Under the pieces are notes generated by a model. It did no database searches. It was not told the DNA's origin and saw only the letters and a list, made by a program, of their open reading frames with translations. From contig JAQGDQ010000649.1 in NCBI GenBank assembly GCA_030141605.1, positions 55,463-119,462 of the forward strand: a DNA stretch of 64,000 bases, in the 5' to 3' direction. The position numbers and the translations under genes are program-made. Positions 50,409 through 63,627 of this stretch are shown here, piece by piece (position 1 is the first letter of the stretch; every line of letters begins with the position of its first letter). The DNA comes from Tubiluchus corallicola. Its lineage: Eukaryota; Animalia; Priapulida.

Positions 50409-53400
50409 TCATTTTTTTTCAAACTGCTTCTCCGCTTCTTTGAGTTTTCGCTGCATCATCTTGGCAGTGTCAGAAAAACCCGCACTGCCCTTTCCGAACG
50501 AATTTGGACCAGCTGAAGTCGGCGTTTGTCTGAAACAGATCATCAAGTTACTGTAGTAAATCAGATTTGAATCTATTTAATCGTAAAAATGCCAGTGATT
50601 ATTCATTGCACTGATTTGCAAAAGCCAACATAGAACTCAACAGCAAATATGTAGAAAACTTGATTAGGTTGGGATGTTTCAGCAGAACATGTAGAAAGCA
50701 GTTCACTTTATTCATATTACAAAACTATTGGAAGTTAATTGCTAATTTCGTTTTCTCATGCAAATTTCCTGTCAGATAAAATGCATCACTTTCTAAAAAA
50801 AATTGTTTTATCATAAGGACTAAAATTATAATTATTACTGATGCATCTGTAATGCCTGATAAATGCTTAATAGTGTGGCACAAAATATGCAAAAAAAGCA
50901 TAGTAATAAAATTATATTCAGGAAAATTTGAGAAAGAGATCCTTTGATTTTAACATTTTTGTTCGAACTTACTGCAAAAAATATGAAAGTGTCTTAAATG
51001 CCACTTAATTTAGTTTTATGCAAAATACGATAATGGATACATTCATGAGAATGGTCACACCTACCTGCCTATATTTCTCATTCGCATCTTTGCTTCTTTT
51101 GGCATCTCTTCTTCTGACTGAAAAAATTGAAGACAGTACAGACGAAATATGAATAAGAAAACCATGTCACATTGTTTACTACATTGTTCTAACAGCTCAA
51201 AGACTGGTTGTTAGCTGCATCTTTGCTGGTGTACAAAATAAAGAGGCTAGAAGATTATGGTGCTGACCTCTACAGCAAGAATTATGAAGTAAATTATAAC
51301 TGAATCAAATTTGCTAGAAACTTACGTTGAAACTAGTATCAATTTTATAGAAAAAAGAACCTAGAATTTAAAATGATTATGATCTAAATTACTCAAATCA
51401 CACAAAGACACGTCTATAGACATATCTAACTTTTAAGAATGTTTTTTTACATATTACGCATTCTTCCTATACATTACATGTTTCTATAATATACAAAAAT
51501 ACTTAATTTTGAACTTGTGTAACCGTGCACACTCAGATGGGTACAAAGTTTGGTTCTCAGAAATGAAAAAAACAGGCATTGTATTAAATTAGCAGAGCTA
51601 TAAAAAAATAACTGCACAATCCAATCAAGATGTGAATGTAATCCTCGCATGTGGAATCACGGGTTAGCTCAGCAAGGAACATGAATTTCAAGTTATAACC
51701 TTTACATTTATAGGCATTTGTATTTTACAGTCAATGGCACACAGCTGTGCTGCATTGCAATTTTCACTTTTACAAACTAACGTTTGTGAGAAATACACAG
51801 AAGATCCTTGCCCTTGGAAAATTGTATCCAGCAGTGACAGCACAGCTAGATGCATTTGTTGACTGCTAATTAAACTAAACCATAGCTAACATGTAATAAT
51901 GATAAGCATGTTGGCATTTATTGCTGGTAATAAAATGGGTATTTTAGACTACCAGCTATGAGGAAAAAATCACCGTTTTGCATTTAAAAAAATACTAGCT
52001 TCATCTTCCACAGGCTTTATTCAAAAATAAATACAAAACTACAATATTGCCAGATAATATATTCTTAAAACATTATTAGCATTTACGTAGCACCCGAATG
52101 CAGATGCGCTTTGGGAAGTGCGGAATAGACAAGATTGGTTTATACTGTTTTCAATGCGTTCGTTTATGCAGCTTGCATTATGTGTTATTCTTTTCCTGCA
52201 GCTATTCCACAGGTCCGCATACACATCCGGCTGCTACGTAAATGCCACTTAATCCAGTTCTAGAACAGCAATAACACGAACAAAAAAATAGAAGCTGTCA
52301 GAAAAATGAAAAGTCAAAAGTTCTTACATCACTTTCTTCACCAAATGCACTAGCAAGTTTTGAGGCAGACTTCTGTGCTGGTTCATCATCTTTCTGAAAA
52401 AACAAATAATAATCTATCACCAGTGTAATATTTTTACGAATACCCACAGTTATTAATAAGTTAAGATAGAAACTCTGCACCAAAATTTTATTGAAAAAAA
52501 CCTCTTACATTTTTCACGGTAACAGATGCCAAAGCTCAGAAATACATACCAACAGCAGAAGGAATATAGGTATTTTGCATACTGTTCACTTTGTTTCAAA
52601 CTGTTTTCATAACTTAATTTTTATCTAGTAACAAAAAGCAAACGGCACCGACAAAAAAAAAACAAAAGCCAAAATGGTAAGACATGAAAAAATGAAACTA
52701 ATCAAAAGACAGGTTCAAGAATTGCTCACCAAATGTTATGCAACTTGAATCTACGAAGGCTAAAGAAATCATGAGTCAAATAAACTTTTAGTTTTATGAC
52801 TATTTATGTTAGCATAGAATCACATTCGGATGTTGAAGCATGATATAACGGGTAATCAGAGTTAAGTTTTAAGCATTCTGTTAGATAAAAGCACACAGCT
52901 TTTAGAACCTGTTTTTTTATCGTTTACAATCTTCTAGGTTAACTGACAACCATCGTGCAAAGTGTACAATCTTCTAGGTTAACTGACAAACATCATGCAA
53001 AGTGTAAAATCTTCTAGGTGAACTGACAAACGTCGTGCAAAGTGAAAAATCTTTCAGGTTAACTGACAAACATCGTGCAAAGTGTACAGTCTTCTAGGTT
53101 AACTGATAAACATCGTGCAAAGTGTACAATCTTTTAGGTTAACTGACAAACATCGTGCTAAGTGTACAATCTTCTAGGTTAACTAACAACCATCGCGCAA
53201 AGTTTTACTTCGCAACATTAAAAGAAGGTTTAAAAGAAACATAAAAATTAAGTCACGTACAATAACTGAAAGATACCTGTACTGTGCTACCAGTAGACAG
53301 TTTTATTGAAATCCCGCCACTAGCTGTTTTCTTATTTCGAAATATCGGAATACTTTTGTGTTGTCCCGAAGATGTGCTTACAGGCAAATTGCCATTGGTA

Positions 53401-54361
53401 TTGTCTTCTTCATCATGTTTGCGTTTCTCGCCATGTTTCTGCTTGCCTGCAGTTGAATCTTTTTGACGAGGCCGTGACTCTCCTACCCTGGATGTAACTC
53501 TTGCGCTATAGCCTGGGTAAGGTGAAATACTGGCAAAATTGAAACAATGATCACAATAGGCTCAACTGCATAGAAAAGTCGGTAATACGATGTCAACTAG
53601 GAAATATTAACATGCTATTTTTCGGGTAGAAACTCACAGTTCAATAAGAAAAAAACCATTTTTCCCATCTCATTATCGATTGCCATCAAAGTAAACAAAT
53701 TAGAGTTTCTGAAGCCAGTTTATATTTGGTCCCCAAGTAGGGTTACCATACGTCCGGGTTTCCCCGGACACGTGCTCTTTTCGGGCCTCTGTCCGGGCTG
53801 GTTTTCAAAAAATCGGCAGTTTGTCAGGGTTTTATCTCAATCCGTAAGTATGTACGGACGTTGCCAATTGCAGAGGCGTACGAAACAGTACAAGACAAAG
53901 AAAAGCTCGTATTCGCTAACAACTTAAAATGAAGTCAGCTCCCGGGAGCCATTTTGTATGTTTTTATATGAATTTCTTTAAATTTGTATAGTTTTGCTGT
54001 TTTGAGCAACTGGTAAAAGTTAATTAGAAACTAGCAATGCCGAAATGACAATGTGCATTTACAGATGAAATGAAGGTCAAGTACCCGGGTTTTCTGTTGC
54101 CCATTTTTCAAAAAGTGTCCTCTTTTTTAACTCAGACAATATAGTAACCCTACCCCAAGTGTTTAATTGTAAATACACTGAATCAGTTTCCATTAGAACA
54201 ATACATTATTTAAACCTGGCTAGTACATGTCTGTATTACCCCAGTGATCAAGTCTAATTTAGATCATCTAATGAAAAGTTTTACAAATAATCAATAAGGT
54301 AGACCGATTTACCAGTGTCTTTATAATCACGAAGTGGTGAACATCCATCTTCCGATGCCAT
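50409..54361 (-). CDS. PCNP: PEST proteolytic signal-containing nuclear protein, 5 coding exons, 174 aa
   Basis: Exons (minus): 54361-54313 ([16 protein letters not shown]), 53512-53277 (..[13 protein letters not shown]), 52393-52328 ([22 protein letters not shown]), 51117-51065 ([18 protein letters not shown]), 50529-50409 ([20 protein letters not shown]..stop). [27 protein letters not shown] is the PCNP signature. The first exon is inferred from phase match. Confidence 0.9.
52925..53203. repeat. 40-bp tandem repeat, 7 copies
   Basis: Unit TACAATCTTCTAGGTTAACTGACAAACATCGTGCAAAGTG. Confidence 0.94.
53738..54152 (+). mobile_element. hAT (Blackjack-like) internally deleted element in PCNP intron 1
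   Basis: TIR TAGGGTTACCAT / ATAGTAACCCTA; flanking direct repeat CCCCAAG(T); subterminal cgtccggg/cccggac motifs; transposase-start-like relic at 54037. Confidence 0.82.
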
Positions 54362-57300
54362 TGCTGATTTATACAAAAATGCTTCAATAAGTCCTAATGT
54401 TATTTAGAATATTTTTATTAGGTGACAGTAGTGCAACCGTGTTGTGCCCGACCTGCAAAACATAATTTAATTTTAAGCTAAAAGAACAAGCATTCGCAAA
54501 CATATATCCTACATTTGAAAAGCGTGACTGTTTTGGATGTACGGTTTACTTGCATCAGTGGTCAAGTTGCATGTTATGACTACATCCATATGTAAGGCGG
54601 CATTTATCGCACTAGCCCATACACTGCAGTTGCATATCGCAAACTTATACTGATGATGGCCATGTTAAAAAAATTAAAATCATTACAAAAAATTGTCATA
54701 TTAAGCTAAACTTTTTATATCCCATTTACACATATGGCTATAACTAAACAATTCATACATTAACCGATTTGCTCAGTTTTTCTGAAGCCTGTGTATGCCC
54801 CTATTATTTATTATTTCAATGCAACACAAATCACATTTACTTTTATTTTGTAACACATTATATGAAAGTGCATTGTTAATTCAGTTAAATATTTTGCACC
54901 AGAGTTGGCTCAGAATTAATGATATTTTATTTTATGAAATCTATAATTATATTGCATACTAAATTTATTTCATTAATATTTTAAATTATATTGATATTTC
55001 AAATTATTATTATTATTATTAAATAAAAAGGAGAACGGATAGTGCCACTAAGGTAAATTCGACTCAAACTCTGCTGCAGGATTTGGGCTAACCCGGTAAA
55101 TGGCTCTCAACACCATAATCTTTTATTGACTGAATGAGTTTGTAAACTGCCATTATTATTTTCCGAATAAAATTTACGAACTACGATTTATTTGTTACTT
55201 ACATAAAACACCAACGAGATTCAAAATTGTTTATTTCAAAATAAAGAAAGTAAAATAAATGTTCTATGTCTATGTAACTAGTTAAGTTATAAGTACATTC
55301 ATTATTAGCAGCTCTGTGGAGTTCACCTTATTTTTGACGTGTCGAAAATCATTAAAATTATCAAAATAAGGAAGTTTGCATAGATGAAACCTTTGATTAA
55401 CAACGCATGTGCAAGTAATGCTTCCATTCACCTGTGATTTCCTGATTTTTCATGCCCTTCTCAACCGGTGTTGGCAACCGATAAACGTTTACAACGGCTT
55501 TTGAACCCCTCATCATATTCAGTCATATCCCACCTGTCATAATTTTTCTGTAGCACAAATAATCTTGTACAAACTTTATACAATATTTAACTGTGATCTT
55601 TGTGTCAGTATACTATTATTTTAATATTTGTCTACAAAAATAACTTCGCATAAAGCCTATTATGGCTTCTTTTTTTGCTTTACGTAGCATTTGACATGTA
55701 TATTACATTGCTTTGCTAATGTACATCGTATGTATTTGTGCAAATAAAATTGAATTTATGCTTTCAACTGCTTTTCACTACTACATTCACTTAAAAGCTG
55801 TTGTATCATCAATTGAAACATCCACAGCATAAACGGCTTTGATTTTATCATAATAAAAACAAATGCTTTGTAGCGTCTTAGTGTCTTGCTCCTCTCACAC
55901 ATTGGAAGAAATGTAATGAATTTTGTGAATGATGTCTTGTAATTTAATTTAACATTCACCATATTTAGTGCCTTAATATTTTAATATTAAGATTTTTTAA
56001 TATTTTAATATCTTAATTTTTTTAAAATCTAGTTTTACTTCTACTTCTAGGGATTTTAGTTTTGTTGCATACTCCTTAAGACCGCATTTTATTTTCTCTA
56101 AGAAATCCTAACTTTGTGCTTGTATCGACTATTCTCTTACATGCAGTTTGTATTTCACTTACAATTATCTTTTGCAATAAAAATCGCCCTTCTATTTTCC
56201 ATTAGCATTTATTTTTAGCATTGATTTCTGTAGCATGTGCAATGTTCAATCTATGAGAAAAACAGCTGTTGTGTGGCTGTAGCGTGCTGTCATCTAGGTG
56301 ATTATAGATCATCGACTTTATTATAACTCCGACTTTTTACTAAACCAAAAGTCGTTAATTATGTATTTTTAGAAAATCATGGATGAATGATTTATTTGTA
56401 TAGCGTATTATAAACCTTAGCAGTTTGATAAAAAAAATTCAAATTCATGAGATACATTGAAATTTAAAATACATTAAGAAAACAAAAATTGATTTATCAT
56501 AAAAAGTACATTAATTCTAAACGAATGTGTTTTAAGATGAACATATATATACTAGTATCGATCCTCACCTATTAATGCCTACAATGTTCTTGCTGAACGT
56601 ATGTCATATATCATTACAGTGATCAACTGATTATACGTTATACGTTATACTGATATATACATTATTATAAGGATACCAATATTAAAGCCATGACAAGTAT
56701 CAACAACTGATGGGGTGGCTGCAAAGGTGAGCTAAAGATGTCATTTAGAAGAATGTGCTGTGCTTGCAGCATGTACAACAACAGGTAAGCTATTCCAGAG
56801 ACGTTATTACATCATCAATTATAGCAATATTAACTATAATGATGCAACTATATGTACATTATGCACAGTACATGTGTACGTGTATATGGCGCATACTAAG
56901 TCTTATGAGTACAAAAATTAGTAATTATTTCTAGGCTACTGTAATTCATTTAGGTTTTATATCTCCGTCTTTGATAGTGAACTTTGTAAATTATAATAAA
57001 ACAATTTGAATAAAAAACAACGAGGGTGAACGTGTCCCATATTGTGGCTCTGGCAGACGCACAAAAAGTCAAAAACTACTGAGGTTTAGTGTTCAGCGCA
57101 TTGTCTGCCGACTGTCAAGTGAGTCTTGGTGAGTGTAGTTTATTGAAAGGTGATCTTCCCAGGTGGTAATTGCACTACTGATGGTTCCCTTGGCATTACA
57201 CGAATTGCACCAGAGTTTCGTGTATACTCGTGTTTCACTCACCATTTCTCTTCAGCTTCCTTACCATTGTAATGATTGTTTGCTTACCTTAGGTGTCTAA

Positions 57301-57626
57301 TTTTAAAAATCTCAAGTGTAAGCGACCACAATTGAGCTATGATAGTACACTCGTTTAAAAATTAAAATATTAACCTTTGGTGTTGTGTAGCATAGTATTC
57401 ATTGTGAACAGTTCTTGTCCGCCAAGTTTAATTTATTTAGCATGATTTTAATTTTATTAAATGGTAAAGACCATTTTTGCATTTTGTACACTAGTAACTA
57501 CATATGCCTGAATTACTCTCTGTACTTATTACACTATATGGTTATGTAGTAGTTTAATTAGCACTTTGCACTAATAAGTAATAATATGTTGTGTGATTAT
57601 ACGATTGCTCAAGCCTTTATGTTTAG

Positions 57627-57706
57627 ATGGCTGCAGAAGAGGGAGCACCAGAATCAGAAGCTGCATTTCAAACATTTTACACAGAGGTAAATAAGACATA
57701 TAAAGT

Positions 57707-57740
<34 letters not shown>

Positions 57741-60700
57741 TGTTCCCTTGCTTCTTCGCGGTTTGTTTATCGCGGATTGCTGTTTCGCGGGTTTTCAAAA
57801 ATGTTAATGTAAATGTTTATCGCGGTTTTGCGGATTTTTGTGGTTCTCTGTCTAAAGTATTTTTGCACATGCGTAGTACGTATTGTACAGTAATGTATAG
57901 ATTTGATGAATTTTGCATAAAAAAATCACAAAATGTATAAAAATATGTTAAAAATATAAACTCTAACATTAAAAGAATATTATAAATCATAAAAAATTAC
58001 CATTTACAGTAAATAGTGTATTTATTCAGTGAATGAATACACACCAAAAACGAAATGTAGTACTTGCACCCGCTTGAGATGCTACTAGCTGTAGGATGTA
58101 TCCACAATGCTGAGTACTCATATCAAATTTTAAAAGGTACATGTACAGTATGGGAAAAGTTATTAAGGGAATGAGAAAGCGTTATAAGAGTGTGGGGAGT
58201 GTTTATAAAGACTTAAAATAATGTGTAACTACTAAAATAAGTATAGCGTCCCTACTTTGCGGAAATTCACTTATCGGGGCTGGGCCTGGAACGGAACACC
58301 CGCTATAAGTGAGGGAACACTGTACTCTGAGATACAATTTGTAGCGAATTTACCATGGTCAATGAATGAATGAAGTTTATTTTATACGGCTTTTATACTT
58401 AAAGTTCTAGTGTAACAAAAAATGCTGGTAGACAAATGTGGAATTTGTTAATGATAGTGGTATAGATATGGGATTCGCTTCGCTTATTACATTCGTTTAC
58501 GTTTCAGGTGAAACAAATTGAAGCAGCTGATTCAGTACTTACTTCTGCACAGCAGATCGATCGCTTGCTTAGGCCTGGTTCTACGTATTTTAACCTCAAC
58601 CCATTTGAGGTAATAATTAACAAACATCAATGTATTAATGTGCAGAAGAACCTGATTGGTTTCTGTTGTTACACATTTGTTGTTACACATTTGTTACTCA
58701 TTTGTTGTTATACATTTGTTACACATTTGTTGTTACTTATTTGTTGTTACACATTTGTTGTTAACATTTGTTGTTACACATTTGTTACTCATTTGTTGTT
58801 ACACATTTGTTACTCATTTGTTGTTACACATTTGTTGTTACACATTTGTTACTCATTTGTTGTTACACATTTGTTACTCATTTGTTGTTATACTTTTGTT
58901 ACTCACATTTGTTACTCATTTGTTGTTACACATTTGTTACTCATTTGTTGTTATACATTTGCGACAGGACTATATTCTAACTAATTATCAAGGATGATTG
59001 TGAAAGGTGATTTGATGAGTCGTCAAAACAGTAGAGGTGATTTAAACTTACAAAAATATACATCAGCTCTCAAACTAGTTAAACGACCGGAGAAGGTGTT
59101 CCGGGTGACCACCAATTTGTTTACTGACCATTTCTTAACTTTGGTCACTGGGCACATGCTGAAATCATTAGGCATCTCCTGTTACACTAGGTATTTATTG
59201 AATGCATTTGTGAATTTTTTGACTTTAATGATTTGATATTTCAGGTTTTGAGAGCTGATCCCGATGTTCCCATACCTGAGCTGAAGAAAATGTACAGAAA
59301 GGTAGTTATAAAAATTTCCAGAAATTTTATGATTATACAAAAATCGTACAAAAAATTATCGTTAAAAGTAAAGTGCAGCACTTTACCAGGTGGACTAGTG
59401 GTTGTGTGCAGATATGAATTGCTTGAAGATCAAATTAGTGACTGGTAGTCTAACAGAGAGGTTCCATTTTCCTCTACTCACATTAGTTTATTAACAACAG
59501 GAAATAATCCATCTTTTGTTTGCTTGGAGAGCTGTATTTCACATGCTATTACATTAATTCTTACCTGCTGCTGGACTTGCAGTCATAATCCAAGAGATTA
59601 CCGCATAATAAAAATATACACACACGCAGAAGTTATTAATAGTAGAGTTACATATGTAACAAGAAAGGGTACACCATATTTACTGCTTTAAACATCTACA
59701 CAACACTTTTATGAACTTCTAAATTACTTTCACATGAAAAAATCATAAAAACTGTACAGTGTCAGAAGTGGCGTTTATTTTGGTTATAGCACTTTGCTTA
59801 ATTTAATCAGGCCTACTAAGTGGGGATCACTACTGTAGTTCTTCTGCAAATCAGTGTTTGCTGGCAACTTCAGTTAAACGGCTGTGAGATAATGAAGATG
59901 GCTTGAGTATTTTTCAATTTAGGCTTATTTTAACAGTAAAAGTTCCGCTTATTCAGTTAACACAGGTTGTTTTTATTACAGCTTTCAGTTAAACGGCTGT
60001 GAGATAATGAAGATGGCTTGAGTATTGTTCAATTCAGGCTTATTTTAACAGTAAAAGTTTCGCTTATTCAGTTAACACATGTTGTTTTTGTTACAGCTCT
60101 CTATATTGGTTCATCCTGACAAGAACCAAGATGACCAAGAGCGGGCACAAAAAGCATTTGATAGTATGTATTTAACTAAGCATTTGATAGTACGTATTTA
60201 ACTAAGCATTTGATAGTACGTATTAAACTAAGCATTTGATAGTATGTATTTAACTAAGCATTTGATAGTATGTATTTAACTAAGCATTTGATAGTATGTA
60301 TTTAACTAAGCATTTGATAGTACGTATTTAACTAAGCATTTGATAGTACGTATTTAACTAAGCATTTGATAGTACGTATTTAACTAAGCATTTGATAGTA
60401 CGTATTTAACTAAGCATTTGATAGTACGTATTTAACTAAGCATTTGATAGTACGTATTTAACTAAGCATTTGATAGTACGTATTTAACTAAGCATTTGAT
60501 AGTACGTATTTAACTAAGCATTTGATAGTATGTATTTAACTAAGCATTTGATAGTACGTATTTAACTAAGCATTTGATAGTACGTATTAAACTAAGCATT
60601 TGATAGTACAGTATTTAACTAAGCATTTGATAGTACGTATTAAACTAAGCATTTGATAGTACGTATTTAACTAAGCATTTGATAGTACGTATTTAACTAA

Positions 60701-63627
60701 GCATTTGATAGTACGTCTTTAACTAAGCATTTGATAGTACGTATTTAACTAAGCATTTGATAGTACGTATTTAACTAAACATTTGATAGTACGTATTTAA
60801 CTAAGCATTTGATAGTACGTATTTAACTAAGCATTTGATAGTACGTATTTAACTAAGCATTTGATAGTACGTATTTAACTAAGCATTTGATAGTATGTAT
60901 TTAACTAAGCATTTGATAGTACGTATTTAACTAAACATTTGATAGTACGTATTTAACTAAGCATTTGATAGTACGTATTTAACTAAACATTTGATAGTAT
61001 GTATTTAATTAAGCATTTGATAGTACGTATTTAACTAAGCATTTGATAGTACGTATTTAACTAAACATTTGATAGTACGTATTTAACTAAACATTTGATA
61101 GTATGTATTTAACTATTTAGCCAACATTGTTTCTCATGTTCAGTTTCATTATCAACTTGTGCTTGTGCAATTTTCACATCATACAAAATTACAATTTAAA
61201 ATTATATTTTTAGATAGATAAGAACATGATTTAAATTATAATTTTAGCTAATTTGTGTTACATTTATTTAACAAGCTTGAACAGTCGTGATAGAATGAAT
61301 CTACAGCTATTAAATTTTTGAAACAAGCTTGACCAAAAGGAAGGTCAATGTTGTCTCATAATCAATTGTTTATTTACAGATTATATCTGGTTATTGATTA
61401 AAGGAAAACTCTTGGATCGAGCAACCGTCAGTGCATTTTAATATACAATTAAAAATATTGAAATTACCACATAGTACCTGAAATGTATTGATTGGAATTA
61501 CAAAAAAATAAAGTTATAATCACTCTCGTCTAAATTTTTGGTTTGTTTTTTGAACTCTTAAGAATGACTTCAAATCTGTCTGGATCAGTAGGAGCTCTAT
61601 ATAGGTCTAAGATGCTGAGCTTTTAATGTAAAAAAACCCATTTCAAATCGTGTCTTTCAACTCAATGAATTGTGTTGTTGTTTATTCGTTAATTGATAAT
61701 GTTGAGTGTTTTGTGTTATTGTTGTGCTATTATTATTTACTATAGTTGTGAATAGAGCTTGGAAAACACTTGAAAATGAAGAACTGTACAAGCGATGCAA
61801 AGCCATCATTCAGGAAGCAAAAGACATGACTGCCCACATGGTAACGTGTTATATTACTTCTCATTTATTTGGCACAAAAATTGCATTTTGTACTAAGACT
61901 TCATAGCAGGATGAAAGTAATAAGAGAAAATTGGTGAAAACGTCTACAAAGAAACAAAAATGTGCTTAAATAGGAACTCCTTAATAATGCAAATAGTGAA
62001 TTATTTTCCGGTTGACTGGTTGATAATTAATGACCTGTGAGATTTGAAGTGACAACATGTACACTGTTGTAGGTTAACAAGTTTCATTGTTTCAAGCAGT
62101 AATATATCTACTGTACAGAATTATTTTACTCTTGCTATAAAAATATTCTAGTCTAAGGAGAGAAGTAACAATATGCCTACTTGTAATGTAATATTTTATA
62201 TTTAGCCTAAGTGTAGGCTATTTTTTTTATGTTTGGGTGTTTTATTAGATTGTAGTTATCTTACCACCATGTTTTATAGTATTTGTTTACATGTTTACAT
62301 TTATTTTCATAGATGGAAGAAAAGAGAAGAAAAAATAAAAAAGCGGGAAAATCTACAGTAATTGACGAAGACAATCCAGAAAAGGTGAAAATTTATTAAA
62401 TTCTTTTATTTCGTGATAAAATAGCCGTGATCTTCTTTCCTTGTATTGGAAGTAAGTCTGCATTTGAACCAGGAATGTTTGAGTTTACAAGTTGCACATT
62501 TTTGGTCAGTAAATCCAACAATTCCTTCTGACTGGTGTAGGTGACTGAATAGTTAGGACGATGAACTGTTGGCGCTGTTTCTGCTTGCACTCCGAATTAG
62601 AATCTCACAGCTAGTTGTACTGGCGGAAACAGTCTTGGTATCAGGGGCGGAACTAGATGTGGCAAGCAGGGGAGGAGCAAAAAATTTCTGGGGAGGCGAG
62701 GTATCCGAAGTGATTAAATAATGGTTAAGCCAATTTTAACCCCTTTTATACTGCATGCAGGCCTATAATTAGCATGTGTGTAGGACGGCGTAGCGGACAG
62801 AGCAATAATGAGAAAATTAACTCTCAGTTAACCTAACGTTATTAATGTGCCTCTAACTAAATTGTTATTTACAGAAATTTATCACACACAAGTTGTAAGA
62901 AAATAATACACTGAAGCTACCAAACTTTTTTTACCTAATTCTAATTCATATTGACAATGATTACATGCGAACCGATTTTGCAGGGGGGGGGCGCAAATTT
63001 TGACAAGGCGGGGGGCGCACGCCCCCCTAGTTCCGCCCCTGCTTGGTTTATGCATTATGTATGCTAAATATTTGTGGAGTCCAAGTGTTGTTGTGTTCGC
63101 TTACAGTCACTTATAGTAGCCTAAGACTAATATTTGTGCTCTATGGCATGGCTTCATTTATCTGTGCTCTATGGCATGGCTTCATTTATATGTGCTCTGT
63201 GGTATGGCTTCATTTATCTGTGCTCTATGGTATGGCTTCATTTATCTGTTCTCTATGGTATGGCTTCATTTATCTGTGCTCTATGGCATGGCTTCATTTA
63301 TCTGTGCTCTGTGGTATGGCTTCATTTATCTGTGCTCTATGGTATGACTTCATTTATCTGTGCTCTATGGTATGGCTTCATTTATCTGTGCTCTATGGCA
63401 TGGCTTCATTTATCTGTGCTCTATGGTATGGCTTCATTTATCAGTGCTCTATTATTCCAGCAATTTCATCAATGTTTTCATGTTAAGAATTAAATTAGCT
63501 ATTATCCCGATTGAATTAAGTTTAATCATTTTCAGTACAAACATGCAGTTTATGTTCAAACCATGAAACTATTTGCCGATTTGGAGCGGAAACGTCGAGA
63601 GCAAGAAACTAAAGATATGCACGAAAG
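57627..63627 (+). CDS. DNAJC8: DnaJ homolog subfamily C member 8 (splicing-associated J-protein), 3' partial
   Basis: Exons 57627-57686 (..FQTFYTE), 58508-58609 (VKQIE..DSVLTS.QQIDRLLRPGSTYFNLNPFE), 59245-59301, 60097-60163 (LSILVHPDKN), 61746-61840, 62313-62384, 63536-63627 (..MKLFADLERKR..). HPD motif and DNAJC8-specific N-terminus. No stop codon inside the window. Confidence 0.95.
57738..58322. mobile_element. Tigger/pogo-type MITE inserted at a (TA)n tract in DNAJC8 intron
   Basis: TA|CAGTGTTCCCT...AGGGAACACTG|TA; subterminal tcgcgg motifs. Confidence 0.88.
58660..58960. repeat. Compound 11/14-bp minisatellite
   Basis: Units TTTGTTGTTACACA / TTTGTTACTCA. Confidence 0.92.
59868..60096. 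repeat. 115-bp tandem duplication ending in the DNAJC8 exon-4 acceptor
   Basis: Two copies, ending ttgtttttattacag (59981) and ttgtttttgttacag (60096). Confidence 0.92.
60152..61114 (+). repeat. 26-bp minisatellite, 37 copies, each containing the DNAJC8 exon-4 end and splice donor
   Basis: Unit AAGCATTTGATA|GTAYGTATTTAACT; the first unit overlaps the exon. Confidence 0.97.
62642..63041. mobile_element. hAT-type MITE
   Basis: Perfect 15-bp TIR CAGGGGCGGAACTAG / CTAGTTCCGCCCCTG; 8-bp TSD CTTGGTAT / CTTGGTTT. Confidence 0.9.
63134..63451. repeat. 28-bp minisatellite, about 11 copies
   Basis: Unit TGTGCTCTATGGYATGGCTTCATTTATC. Confidence 0.95.

Noticed and set aside
57146-57200. U1 snRNA-like words (gaaaggtgatcttcccagg, attgcact)
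   Set aside because: No ACTTACCTG 5' end, no Sm site and wrong spacing; chance or an unrecognisable relic.
58610-58997. ORF extensions after DNAJC8 exon 2 (similarly ORFs 63043-63566)
   Set aside because: Read-through into intronic minisatellites.
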